Positions 30,101-39,892 of a DNA stretch of 64,000 bases are shown one piece after another. This stretch comes from a virus (lineage: Duplodnaviria > Caudoviricetes), in the IMG/VR virus record IMGVR_UViG_3300028591_000142, positions 34,301 to 98,300 of that record. One strand, written 5' to 3'. Both the position numbers and the translations under genes were made by a program. Under the pieces are notes generated by a model, which made no database searches, was not told the DNA's origin, and was given only the letters and a program-made list of their open reading frames with translations. Positions within the stretch are counted from its first letter, which is position 1, and the number at the start of each line of letters is the position of its first letter.

Positions 30101-30382
30101 ACCTAAGACTCTGCTTTGACCAAGCACAGTTTCGGTTATCATATTTCTACCCAACATCGTTATATCATAATATTTACTTAATTCAGATTCGTGTTTTGGC
30201 TTATTTACCCTAAAATTAAGTTCAGACGTTGCGTTAAAATTAAATACAGCCTCTTCCGCCTCGTGGTCAATAATTGGGCATACAACGTTTGATAAGACGC
30301 CGTTATTATATGTACAACCAGGGTTACATAAAACTAGTTGAGGTTTTTCTAATCTGTCAAGCGCATCATACTTAACTATCAT
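27125..30382 (-). CDS. Tail-associated (Tal/hub-like) protein
   Basis: Follows Dit; coiled coil, IAFTNDGWDTSKLALG; three copies of the 40-aa module. Confidence 0.72.
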   Translation of the reverse strand: MIVKYDALDRLEKPQLVLCNPGCTYNNGVLSNVVCPIIDHEAEEAVFNFNATSELNFRVNKPKHESELSKYYDITMLGRNMITETVLGQSRVLGLLPQTLGLEVGQEYDVEVTLSDNTIIRTRSYPADPGQSPGFTGFPSGSVILVIPITGFNNALVVDNFVLSEVYDYVLTSDTTVNPNKAYYQYINSEYVRVDNPVDQDIDTYYEVIGQDDYELTYGDGSGYLFDNTNIINIKVIGVRHESKEEFAERVYDSVQNRRLVFFKDIGFFMINSVQDGYDGNRYYKDIEAQSIDIELQQKMIPFISDGTYPFVTQPGDDREGILEQILKTIPLWQPGHIDESVASRYRTFNDISVDSNCLSFLMEQVQDAYECIIVFDIINRLVNVYDQASYVHTSNIYLSNNDLIDSATVSENADDLYTAISVTGGDDVLISAINPLGTNTIYNFSYYFDWMSNELGDKVKEWQDLIELQRDDYYDYNLTYYTHLQARANTNAEINRLRGIIDLYQQCLDNIIAESKKTLINRYNTAINNLDKHAPEIDINKSINELKSDIKGYISSYQDELDSEYGELDMINNAINNDLDNINGIREELSFNTYFSSDELAELNNYIFQGSYNDDYVVFTDQMSYGEKFAQMKILYDRAMLQLGKVSVPTQEFSIDVENFIFSKKFKHFSDSIETGCIINVELRNNDIASLFLTSMTINYDDKDFSLTFGNRLNKYDVRSLFENVLGSVSKSANTLSYVKDVIYPIKNGELDYMNEAIKSSRNFTLADIMSSVGEEVIIDAAGYTGRRINEDTGELDPHQIKIISSNIAFTNDGWDTSKLALGELNLGNGETVYGVNGEAIIGEVLIGNNLQIYSYTPETYVLTSDTTVDTSKTYYQYVDGEYVVVDNPVDQDIDTYYERESETEKKTLFDIVDGKISAAVGDTDGRLLSLETTSKDLTISVQNLENSEPDHVTTKEKRFTLNDDGLNITDSANNIKNKVDETGMYVSRSSGNYVLTEDTTVNPNKTYYQRVRDDYQVVTNPVDSAISTYYEQVDEMVLSARVDGVNALNLTSRQYLIVGTNSRFEDYGSNNERTGCFYIGENE

Positions 30383-31446
30383 TAAAATCTCCTCCTATTA
30401 TTGAATTTAAATTCAATTTCAGCCGCATTACCAAATACAGACAGTATATTATCACCATCTAATAACCTAATAAAATTTTGGCCTTCAAACAATAAATAAT
30501 AATCCTCGTTAATATATTTTATATCCCCGTCCATCATTATTGTTGCTCCCGCAGGTACATTAACAAACTTCGTATATCTTGTGTTACTATCACTATGATT
30601 ATAGATAATAATATCTCCGTTTGTATTTCCGTTTATTATCGTTACCCTCGGATAGATATATTCACTCATATCATAATCTGTTGTAACAACAATAGATGTA
30701 CTGCTATCACCTGAGTTATGAATCTCAAAAGTCTGAGTTGTTTCGTCTTCCCAAAACATATTACTATCAGCCTCAAGCGTTGCTTTATAACCTATGATGC
30801 CGTTTCCGTATTCAATTTTTTCCGGATTCAAAAATCTACAATTTAAAAATAATCTTTTTTCATCTACCGGTGCCGGCGGGTCGTCCGTTTTTACAATATT
30901 AACGTCTACACTTCCAACCCTAATTAGATTTCCACTACTATCATATGTTAACGGAATGGTCTCGCCCTTATAATTAACCGATACTATATTACCATCCACG
31001 ACGTTTGGAATAAGCGTATAAGAATCTCCGAGCGTATCAGTAATAATATAAGAATGAGTGTCGTTTATGACCCAAGTATCAATATCATAGTTAGAAAGTC
31101 CATCGCCAGTCACGATATAACCACTTTCACAGACCTCTCCGTCTATAAAATATAACCTATAATATCTAGCCCTGTTAAAGAGCCACTTTTCAATTTGTCT
31201 TCTTTCGTTTTCGGGGATAACGCTCCCATTATATGTCATTATCTCTACTTCAAACGATAGGGGAGAGTCAGTATAGTCATCGTCGACTAAATAACGAGAC
31301 TTATCAGCTTTGTTAAATATTGACACACTATTTACATCGCCAGAAAGTTTTATAAATCTCGACGTGTCAAGGTTAGCAAATACTAGCCCATATTGCTGTG
31401 ACAGTTTTTCTCCGTACTGAAAATATGTGCCATAAATATCAGCCAT
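30382..31446 (-). CDS. Distal tail protein (Dit) with internal insertion
   Basis: Follows tape measure; FQYG..SQQYGL, IEKWL, FIRLLDGDN motifs. Confidence 0.72.
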   Translation of the reverse strand: MADIYGTYFQYGEKLSQQYGLVFANLDTSRFIKLSGDVNSVSIFNKADKSRYLVDDDYTDSPLSFEVEIMTYNGSVIPENERRQIEKWLFNRARYYRLYFIDGEVCESGYIVTGDGLSNYDIDTWVINDTHSYIITDTLGDSYTLIPNVVDGNIVSVNYKGETIPLTYDSSGNLIRVGSVDVNIVKTDDPPAPVDEKRLFLNCRFLNPEKIEYGNGIIGYKATLEADSNMFWEDETTQTFEIHNSGDSSTSIVVTTDYDMSEYIYPRVTIINGNTNGDIIIYNHSDSNTRYTKFVNVPAGATIMMDGDIKYINEDYYLLFEGQNFIRLLDGDNILSVFGNAAEIEFKFNNRRRF

Positions 31447-31480
31447 TTAACTTACTCCTTCCTTTGTGTGTTTATTATAT

Positions 31481-31520
31481 ATGAAGACGAGCCCCCGCTA
31501 ATCACGGGAGCTTCGTCATT
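31481..31520. terminator. Stem-loop after tape measure gene
   Basis: ATGAAGACGAGCCCCCG...CGGGAGCTTCGTCAT. Confidence 0.5.
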
Positions 31521-31534
31521 ATAAAACTATACTT

Positions 31535-34500
31535 TTATTTACTAAGCTTAGTAAATTCCTTAAGCATCATCTCGACGCTTTCACGTTGAGCCCTACGCAT
31601 CTGAGACACGGTTTGAGAGTCTGCGTTCCCATTAATGGTAATTGGACTCATAGTAATATTATTAACTATGGCACTACCACCAATCTTACCAAGTGCATTA
31701 TTACGCAATAACTCTGATAATAATCCAGAAATCACAGCACTGCCATTGTTAGCAAATTCATACAAGAATTTACTTGCACTAGCATTAAGAACCTTTTCGC
31801 CGCCGGTAAACATTTTATACCTATTACCGTCTTTCGACTCAAATATTGTTTCGAGACCGTTTTCGTCTACACCGTGTAAACCCCGGGTGGCGTATTTTGT
31901 ACCACTGGCATACCCAACAATATCACTTTTCTTTATCCATCCAAGCGGGGTGCCACCTTTTTTATTTGAAAGATTATATGCGTGCGTACCCTTCTCGTTG
32001 GTAAGAACAATATATCCATAACCGTCTGTCAGATAGGATTCTGCATTACCAGACGCTCCACCACCGTATGAATTAGCATACCATTTTGTTCCAGATTTGA
32101 CCTTAACTTTTGAGCCAACTGTTAATGACGGAGCGGATGTCGTAGATTTTGTCGTAGATTTTGCTGAACTACTAGATGAGCTTGTATTAGACTTACCACT
32201 AGACGAGCTGCTAGACTTACTACTTGAACTTGACTTACTGCCCGTTGACGGCGCTTTATATCCTGTTGCGTTTTCAAGATGAAAGTTTTTATAATACTTA
32301 CCATAGGCTGTGTAATAATCATCAAGCGCTTTATATGCGTCTTCCCAAGCGGTTTTAATGGTATTATCAATACCATCACCATATTTCCGGTTCCACCCAA
32401 GCATCTCCTCATATAACTCAATAGAACCATTCTTAACATCTGTTAACGCTTTTCTATATAACTCACCCTCGTTTGCTAACTGTTCTTCGAGGCGTGTCAT
32501 ACGTTTATTATATAACTCTTCCTGTGCTTCATACTCTTTGTCAAGAGTATCCTGCATCGCCTCAAGCCGATGGTCTTTTTCAAAATCATCGAGTTCTTTT
32601 TGCGCATCTGTAAGCTCTTGAGCAAGCTCCAACTTCCTTTTCTGAGCCCACGCCGAATCGTCAAGTGATAATTGTTGAATTTGAGCCTCGATGTCAGATA
32701 CAGTTTTACGCTTTTCAATTTGCTCTTCGAGATATTTATCTTCGTCATAAGCATCTTGCAGCATTTGTTTTTGCTTATCATAAAACTTTTTAAGCTCATC
32801 TAACTGGTCTTTTAAATTGTCTTTTAGCTTTTGTAAGTTTTGTTTAAGCATCTTGATTCTTATCTGAACCAGGTTATTAGTACTCTTTTCGGCGTTATCA
32901 CGCAACTTTTCCATACCATTAAATACTTCTTCCTCGTATTTATAGTATTCGCTAAGCGTTATTTCTTTTTGCTTGTAAGCCTCTTTATAAGCACTTTTCA
33001 ACCAAACTAAAAATTGGGCTTCTGTTTCTTTGCCCATCGCGACTTGATGCTTGTGGTATTCATACATCTGCTTAAAAATGTTGTCTTCATCATCTTTTTT
33101 AGACTTAGAACTACCACTACTACCACTACTACCACTACTACCACTACCGGTCTTAGCATATATATCTTTTAAAGATAATCCCTTTAATGACTCAAGATTA
33201 TGGATTGCGTTTAATGTATTGGCTTTAATTTCTTTTACTTGTTTGATTCTGCTCTCAGAGGCATCCTTCTGATTACTTATCCAGTCATTTACACTTTCTC
33301 CGCCAACAGTAACGACGTCTCCGCCAAAATCAATAGATAGGGTGCCACCGCTCACTCCTCCAACATCGGCAACTCCTTTAAAATATGAGAGTACTCCTCC
33401 CTCATCGACATTACCACTGAGGACATCTGAGATTAAATTTTTTAACGCACCCCAAAGATTACTTGCAATTCCTGTTAATTTTGTATAAAGTTTTGAAGAA
33501 TAATCATTTACAGCTTGTAGACCAGCGCTTAATCCTTTTTCGTGAGACTGTTTAACAACAGACGCGTATGGAGTCCAGACGTGTTCGTTTGATTTCTTGC
33601 CGAAGTCTGCACCCTGTTTAAGTTGGTCATTCAGAGCTTCTTCATTTACTTTTAATTCACCGTCTTGAAGTTCTACATAATTTTGACCTTGTAAATCATT
33701 TAGCTCAGTTACCTTATTTAAAAATTCCTCTTCCTGTGCTACCTTACCATTTACGGTCATATTTTCAAGTTCTGTAATGATATTTGCCTTTTGTTCTTCT
33801 AAATCAAGCTGATTATCAAGAACTTGAGCCGTTGCCTCTAACTCTTTAATCTTTGCATCTATCTTAGCATCGTACTCTTGTTCTTGCATATCTAAGATAG
33901 CATTTAATGCATTCTTTTGAGCCTCAACGCTACCATCGGCAAGAAGATTTTCTTGTTGAAGCAACTGCGGATACATTTCAATCAGCTCAAGAAGCTCTTG
34001 CTTAGAAAGCTCAGTACCCTCTGCAAGTTTAGACATAGCCGAAGTAACTTTATCAACACTGTTTGCTAACGAATCTAATCCAGACATTAATTCCGTTACA
34101 TTGAGTGGCTCAATCATTTCTGCAGACGCATAACGTATTTGGCGAACCTTTTCCTGTAACTCATCTAGTGATATAGAATTATTATCCGCAACTATATCAT
34201 AAACAAAATTAAATTCGTCACTAGTTAATCCGTTTATATATGTCTCAATATCTTCGGCACTACCAGTAATGTTATCTTTAACATATTGAACGTCTCGGTC
34301 AAAATCATCAAGGTCTAACTGTATTTCAATATTTTTTAACAGATTCCCATCTACACCAGCGTCTTCTAGTGCTTTTAATATATATTGAGATACATCAAAC
34401 TCTCCAACAGTTAATTCACCAGATTCAAATGCAGAGCGCATATCAAACAGCGCATACATAGCTTCTTGCACCTCTGGCTTTGCCTGTACGATTGGCTCCA

Positions 34501-37500
34501 AGAAGTTATCTTGGATGTAATTTTTAAAATCATCCGCTGTTTTTAAGCCCAACCCAGAATAATCTATATTACCAACGAGTTTTGTCAACAAAGCTTTCGT
34601 GTCTGTGCTGGATGAATTATACTCTCCTGTTGTTTGTAACCAAGCACCCATAATGGGAGAAAGTTGTTGCCACTTAGCCTTATTGCTGTTATTGATACTT
34701 TCAATTTGCCTATATAATGAGTCTACTTCGTTTTTGTATTTTAAAACAAATTCATCAGAATCAATTATTTGCTCACTGTCGTTACTACCTAAAATATCAG
34801 TTAACCCATTATCACCCAATGGCTTTTTTGTTGAGGCTATTTGGTTTAACTTTGCTGTTTCATAATTAGCTTGAGCTATTTTTAGCTGTGATTCAAGTTC
34901 CTCTACACGCTTATCGTACAGTTTATCAGACTCTTCGATATTTTTTATTGCTTTTGGGAAAGAATCTATAATTTTTTGATTCGTAGCTATTCTTTCTTGT
35001 TCAATTAAATTTTCGAATGACTTTGATAACGTATCTATACTATAAGAAAGTGCTAGAATATGGTTTCCGTTTGAGTCTAATCCCATATCTATCTCGGGGA
35101 ACAACTCGGCTAATTTATTATTTAACTCCCAAAATCTTTCATACTCTTCATCTGTTAATGATATGTTATTACCAAACGCATCAACGCCACTTGCGAGCTT
35201 TTGAAATTCTGGAATAATTTCATCAACATTATTCTTAAGAGACGCATATTCGTTTGCTGTGTTTTGTGCATCTCCAATAATATTGTTGAACTCCGAATCT
35301 AGCTCTGACATTTTATCAGTAGCAGAACCTGTGTTTAGAGATAATAACGAAATAGCTTCAACAACAACAGATATGCCTAATGCAATCCATCCCCACACAG
35401 GAATTGAAGCCATAAGTGATTTAAAGCTAGCAGCTAGTCCCTTGTTTGTTAAAGATAGTGTTGTTTCTGCGCCGGCCAATCCAAGCGTTTCTAATATTGC
35501 CTGTGCTTCCATATCTTTTAATGTGCCAGCCGAAACAGCGGCTAATATTTGTTCTTTAACTTGCTTTTGTTGAACAACAGATAGTGTCGCCGTCGCAACA
35601 ACTTGCTCTTCAGTTGCGGACTTAGCACCAATCATACTGGTGGTAAGAGCGGCTACGGACTTAGCAGCCTGACTAGTCGCAACAGCTATTTTAATTGACT
35701 TAATTGCCAAAACCGAGGATACTATAGTCGGCAATAAAAGATGAACTTTTGATAATGCAGTAACAAGCGACACCAACGCCTTCGCGATGCCAACAATAAC
35801 AGAAATTAAGTTAGTCGACACCAGGGTCATTGACATTTCTTCAAACGTGGCTTTGAGTTGATTTATTTTAGCTTGAGCACTTTCCATATATATCTCATTT
35901 GCTCTTGTAGCAGCACCCATTGAATTTGTCGCTGTTTCATATGCCGCAGCAGCATCTCCCCAGTTAGAAAGAATTGAGGAAATTACTTGTAACTGTCTTG
36001 TGCCACCAAGAATTTCCGCAACCCTTGCTTGTTGAGTATCCGACAAGTTATCCCATACACCAGCAATGCCTTCCATAATATCATATAGGTCTTTGAACGA
36101 ATTTGTCGTTCCGTCGACCATAATATTAAATCCGGTAAGAGCTTGAATCTCCTCAGCATATTTTGATGTCGCGTCTGCGAGGTTTGATGTATCTTCACCA
36201 AGCTCCTCTAAGTCTGATTTTGAACCCCTAATACGCGCTGATACAGTTTTAAGAGCCGTACCAACAGTATTTGCGTTTTGCACAGACGCATTAGCGGCTG
36301 CGATTAACGCTGCCGACTTTTCAAAACTAGTATTTGTTGCATTAAGTGCAGCGCCAGATTTTTCGTATGCAGTCATTAATTCCGAAGCTGATACAGCGTA
36401 TTTTTGACCCACATTTATAAGAACATCAGAAACGTGCTCCACTTCAGAGACATCTTTTTGATAACCCTTTATAATTGATGTAATACCAGTCGTTGCTTCT
36501 TCGTTATTAACCCCAGCAACATTGGACATTATGGTAGAATATTTTGCAAGCTCAGACGCTTCCGAAAGCGTATAACCAAGCCTCGAGAACGTTTCTATTG
36601 ATTTTGTTACCGACACAACGCTCTGTCCAAGACTCTTTGCGAGTGTTACGGTTACGTCTGTAAACGACTCCATTTCGTTTTTGGTAGCACCGGTTACAAT
36701 TTTTAATTGTGTAAATGCGCTATCGAGTTCTATTGATGCGGATACAGCCTGTCTTAAAACTCGATATGCAGCCATTATTACTCTTGAAATATTAAAATAC
36801 TGTGAATACTTAGCAAACGCACTTTTAATTTTTTCACCAAATGATTGGGCGTTTTCTCCAGCTAATTTAATTCCAGACGAGGCGGTCTTAACACCGATAC
36901 TAATTTCGTTAAGTTTTTCATTAAATACCTCTTCGGATATCGCCGCATTATCAAGTTGTGATTTAAGTGCTGCGAGGTCGGTGGCGTATTTACTAATTGC
37001 TTGATAGTCTGAGGCAGATGCACCATTTTTAGCCTTTGTCCACCCAAGCGCTGTCTGTATTTGGGAAACCGTTGAATTGTATTTTGAATAATCCGCTCCT
37101 TTTGGTGTACTAGACTTTTGAACAGCATTGACGCCCTTTTCTACACTCGCAAGTTCACCCATTTTTGCTATGAGTGTTTGTATTTCAGCCTGTAACGTTT
37201 GTACTCGTTTAATCTCGTCTGTTGTAGTCGTACTTTGCTCTTTTCTTACACCCTCGACTACATTTATTAATTCATTATATTTTACCTTTAATGTTTCCAG
37301 TCCTTCTGCTTCTTGTATATATTTATTACTAATTACACTTTGGTAATCTTTATCTATACGCGACTGAACAGAGTTTATGGAACCAATAGCCTGGCTTCTG
37401 GATATCGGTTTTACCGATATGCCACCACCAACAGATGCTATAGAAGCTTTGATTGATTCTATTTGCTGTCTAAGATTTTCTAGACCCCCCAAGTCATAAT

Positions 37501-37612
37501 CAAACTTTAATTTTATGGGGTTAATCTTCTCAGATAGCTTCTCTATCTGAGAATTAATTTCAGATAATTGCGTTTGTACCGCTATACCTACATCTAAAAT
37601 AATATCAGCCAT
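31535..37612 (-). CDS. Tape measure protein
   Basis: 2025 aa helical protein; TP901-type core (VGTALKTVSARIRG); C-terminal SH3-like segment and GYASGT. Confidence 0.93.
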   Translation of the reverse strand: MADIILDVGIAVQTQLSEINSQIEKLSEKINPIKLKFDYDLGGLENLRQQIESIKASIASVGGGISVKPISRSQAIGSINSVQSRIDKDYQSVISNKYIQEAEGLETLKVKYNELINVVEGVRKEQSTTTTDEIKRVQTLQAEIQTLIAKMGELASVEKGVNAVQKSSTPKGADYSKYNSTVSQIQTALGWTKAKNGASASDYQAISKYATDLAALKSQLDNAAISEEVFNEKLNEISIGVKTASSGIKLAGENAQSFGEKIKSAFAKYSQYFNISRVIMAAYRVLRQAVSASIELDSAFTQLKIVTGATKNEMESFTDVTVTLAKSLGQSVVSVTKSIETFSRLGYTLSEASELAKYSTIMSNVAGVNNEEATTGITSIIKGYQKDVSEVEHVSDVLINVGQKYAVSASELMTAYEKSGAALNATNTSFEKSAALIAAANASVQNANTVGTALKTVSARIRGSKSDLEELGEDTSNLADATSKYAEEIQALTGFNIMVDGTTNSFKDLYDIMEGIAGVWDNLSDTQQARVAEILGGTRQLQVISSILSNWGDAAAAYETATNSMGAATRANEIYMESAQAKINQLKATFEEMSMTLVSTNLISVIVGIAKALVSLVTALSKVHLLLPTIVSSVLAIKSIKIAVATSQAAKSVAALTTSMIGAKSATEEQVVATATLSVVQQKQVKEQILAAVSAGTLKDMEAQAILETLGLAGAETTLSLTNKGLAASFKSLMASIPVWGWIALGISVVVEAISLLSLNTGSATDKMSELDSEFNNIIGDAQNTANEYASLKNNVDEIIPEFQKLASGVDAFGNNISLTDEEYERFWELNNKLAELFPEIDMGLDSNGNHILALSYSIDTLSKSFENLIEQERIATNQKIIDSFPKAIKNIEESDKLYDKRVEELESQLKIAQANYETAKLNQIASTKKPLGDNGLTDILGSNDSEQIIDSDEFVLKYKNEVDSLYRQIESINNSNKAKWQQLSPIMGAWLQTTGEYNSSSTDTKALLTKLVGNIDYSGLGLKTADDFKNYIQDNFLEPIVQAKPEVQEAMYALFDMRSAFESGELTVGEFDVSQYILKALEDAGVDGNLLKNIEIQLDLDDFDRDVQYVKDNITGSAEDIETYINGLTSDEFNFVYDIVADNNSISLDELQEKVRQIRYASAEMIEPLNVTELMSGLDSLANSVDKVTSAMSKLAEGTELSKQELLELIEMYPQLLQQENLLADGSVEAQKNALNAILDMQEQEYDAKIDAKIKELEATAQVLDNQLDLEEQKANIITELENMTVNGKVAQEEEFLNKVTELNDLQGQNYVELQDGELKVNEEALNDQLKQGADFGKKSNEHVWTPYASVVKQSHEKGLSAGLQAVNDYSSKLYTKLTGIASNLWGALKNLISDVLSGNVDEGGVLSYFKGVADVGGVSGGTLSIDFGGDVVTVGGESVNDWISNQKDASESRIKQVKEIKANTLNAIHNLESLKGLSLKDIYAKTGSGSSGSSGSSGSSKSKKDDEDNIFKQMYEYHKHQVAMGKETEAQFLVWLKSAYKEAYKQKEITLSEYYKYEEEVFNGMEKLRDNAEKSTNNLVQIRIKMLKQNLQKLKDNLKDQLDELKKFYDKQKQMLQDAYDEDKYLEEQIEKRKTVSDIEAQIQQLSLDDSAWAQKRKLELAQELTDAQKELDDFEKDHRLEAMQDTLDKEYEAQEELYNKRMTRLEEQLANEGELYRKALTDVKNGSIELYEEMLGWNRKYGDGIDNTIKTAWEDAYKALDDYYTAYGKYYKNFHLENATGYKAPSTGSKSSSSSKSSSSSSGKSNTSSSSSSAKSTTKSTTSAPSLTVGSKVKVKSGTKWYANSYGGGASGNAESYLTDGYGYIVLTNEKGTHAYNLSNKKGGTPLGWIKKSDIVGYASGTKYATRGLHGVDENGLETIFESKDGNRYKMFTGGEKVLNASASKFLYEFANNGSAVISGLLSELLRNNALGKIGGSAIVNNITMSPITINGNADSQTVSQMRRAQRESVEMMLKEFTKLSK

Positions 37613-37634
37613 ATTTCACCATCCTTTTATAAAG

Positions 37635-37661
37635 AAAAGGATTGGCGAAAGCCAATCCTTT
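37635..37661. terminator. Stem-loop
   Basis: AAAGGATTGGC-GAAA-GCCAATCCTTT. Confidence 0.65.
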
Positions 37662-37665
37662 AAAA

Positions 37666-38307
37666 TCAATATGTATATTCTGTTATATCTAAATCATACG
37701 ACATTATAGCAGTTACGCCGTGAATCCTTGCGTATGTATCCATATATTCTCTAATCGCTTCTTCGACAAAATAAGCGCCTTCTCTTTTTTTAAGACTCTT
37801 TATTGGTTTATCCGTATGACCCTTCCATACACCAGCGACAGAACCACTTGCCGAATACCCGTGGTCTAATAAGACGACTATATCTTGAACGCCATTAGGA
37901 TATTTATTAGGATTGAGAGAATCTCTGTGCAAATTATCAGTAAAGTATATGCTTATTTTGTATGAATAATACATTGTGTTACTTCCAATTGCGGTACCAC
38001 TATCAATCATCTTAGGGTCTGAGTAATTTATGTTTTTAAATGCAGCAACTGCGGTACTACCAAGATTTCCTCCGGCATAGTCGAAACCAGCAGATTCATT
38101 AATGTGCGCCTTTAGTATATTAATAAACTGTTCTGCTATATCCCAACCCTCTCTAAAATCTGGGTCAGAAATACCGCCATTACCCCTTATTGCGCCTATA
38201 ACACGTTCATCAATCTTTTTCTTTCCAGCAGGTGTATGAAGAAGGTAATTATTTATTTTCTTTTCCAAAGCGGCATTATTAACAAACGCAGCCATTTTAT
38301 CAACCAC
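37666..38307 (-). CDS. Putative tail completion/neck protein
   Basis: Position between chaperone-like gene and tape measure. Confidence 0.5.
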   Translation of the reverse strand: MVDKMAAFVNNAALEKKINNYLLHTPAGKKKIDERVIGAIRGNGGISDPDFREGWDIAEQFINILKAHINESAGFDYAGGNLGSTAVAAFKNINYSDPKMIDSGTAIGSNTMYYSYKISIYFTDNLHRDSLNPNKYPNGVQDIVVLLDHGYSASGSVAGVWKGHTDKPIKSLKKREGAYFVEEAIREYMDTYARIHGVTAIMSYDLDITEYTY

Positions 38308-38331
38308 CCTTCGTTGTATATTAATTTTGAT

Positions 38332-38919
38332 TTACTCGGTGTCGTATTGATTCTTAATTGCTTTAACGATTCCTTCCTCCGTAATATTCATCCCAGAGAT
38401 AGAACTAATAAATCCAGAGAGTTCGTCGGGATTAATTCCCTTAAATATATTTTCAAATTGAGCCTGTAAGTTTTCGAGAACAGTATACATCTCGTTTACT
38501 TCTTTGTGGACGTCACTAATTCTCATACCAACAGTATAACGTATATGCTCATCAATAGACTTCATTATCTCATTAAATTGTGACATATCAATATTTTCTA
38601 AGATAATATCAAAAATATCGGAACCGTATACAAAATCATATTTCTTATCAATATTTTCCGGGAGTGAAAGATTTGTATAATATTCAAATGCATTTACTCT
38701 AATAGAAAAATCTTTTGCTTCCGGGATGTAGTCAGAATTTTCTTCTGAAAGACAACTGCTAACCACACCAGAAACAAATTCCATTACCTCTACGAGTTTG
38801 AGTCTCGGCTTAATATCAAACTTAAGCTCACCAAGTTCTATTGGAACGAGCTCCATCTTACAATCGTTAACATATTTTTCAAGTTTATTAATAGAAACTC
38901 TTTTAATTTTTTCTGCCAT
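38332..38919 (-). CDS. Putative tail assembly chaperone
   Basis: Acidic helical protein upstream of tape measure. Confidence 0.5.
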   Translation of the reverse strand: MAEKIKRVSINKLEKYVNDCKMELVPIELGELKFDIKPRLKLVEVMEFVSGVVSSCLSEENSDYIPEAKDFSIRVNAFEYYTNLSLPENIDKKYDFVYGSDIFDIILENIDMSQFNEIMKSIDEHIRYTVGMRISDVHKEVNEMYTVLENLQAQFENIFKGINPDELSGFISSISGMNITEEGIVKAIKNQYDTE

Positions 38920-38921
38920 AA

Positions 38922-39518
38922 TTATTTCTCCTTTTTATTCTTTGTCGCTCTTTGTTTATATTTAGAGCATACGTTATTTTGTATTTCTTGCTGTATTCTT
39001 CCCTCAATTGCTTTACGCAATATACTACAATTACGTGAATAACGAGTACAGTCGACGCAACTAGATTTAAAATCCTCTAGCTGAGATGCATTATTAAACA
39101 CACCTATATAATCCACTGGCTTAATTGTAGCCTCCATTCGTGGATTTACATTATCATAATAAATCGCTTGTACTCTTTCTAATGTTACATTATCATCAAG
39201 CCAGACAAGCTTTGTGTCAGTAATCGTATCTAAAAAAACTTTGAAATAATTGTTTGCGTCAAAGTCTATTGAAGGAAAATAAAAAACCGTATCTATATAA
39301 AAATGTTGTGTCTTGTTTGGAACGTGATTCCAGTTCTGTCGTTTAACCTCTTCTTGTATATAGTCAGCAAATTCTTTTTTATACTTAAGAACCCACGCCG
39401 GTTTATATGACATAGCCATATATTTACCGTTTTTTCTTACCACTCTATATTCGAGGTAATGATTAACAGAAGGGGGGATGCGACTAACCAAAAACAACTC
39501 TTTTGATTTATCTTCCAT
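38922..39518 (-). CDS. rusA: RusA-like Holliday junction resolvase with C-terminal Cys cluster
   Basis: PPSVNHY and DANNYFK...D...DDN motifs; AGGAG RBS before ATG 39518. Confidence 0.78.
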   Translation of the reverse strand: MEDKSKELFLVSRIPPSVNHYLEYRVVRKNGKYMAMSYKPAWVLKYKKEFADYIQEEVKRQNWNHVPNKTQHFYIDTVFYFPSIDFDANNYFKVFLDTITDTKLVWLDDNVTLERVQAIYYDNVNPRMEATIKPVDYIGVFNNASQLEDFKSSCVDCTRYSRNCSILRKAIEGRIQQEIQNNVCSKYKQRATKNKKEK

Positions 39519-39569
39519 ATTTTCTCCTATAAAGTAACTAAGAGCCACGCTCACGCGTAGCTCTTATTA

Positions 39570-39878
39570 CTATTCGTCATCCTCTTCGTCTTCGTCGTCT
39601 TCGTCCTCAAAGTCATCTTCATCATCTTCATATTCATCATCAATATCGTCAATGATTTCTTCTATGACTTCATCGTTAGATTTAGAAGCCGGGTCGGATT
39701 TATTTGTGTCCGTCGACGCTTCATTTCGAGCGGCCGCAACCGCAGCAAAGTAGGCGCTGCCGTGTTCCGGGCAGCACGCTACATCTTGCCAGCGAAAAAT
39801 ATCTGAAGTGCGACGGACGGTATGGCAGTACTCATACTCCTTGCCACACACTTTACATTTTCTTGTCGCACCAGCCAT
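39570..39878 (-). CDS. Small Zn-finger protein with acidic tail
   Basis: CKVC..YEYC...CCPEH; D/E-rich C-terminus. Confidence 0.65.
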   Translation of the reverse strand: MAGATRKCKVCGKEYEYCHTVRRTSDIFRWQDVACCPEHGSAYFAAVAAARNEASTDTNKSDPASKSNDEVIEEIIDDIDDEYEDDEDDFEDEDDEDEEDDE

Positions 39879-39892
39879 ATTTATTTCCTCTA

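Noticed and set aside
33108-33150. 9-bp CTACCACTA tandem repeat
   Set aside because: Encodes a simple Gly/Ser linker in the tape measure protein
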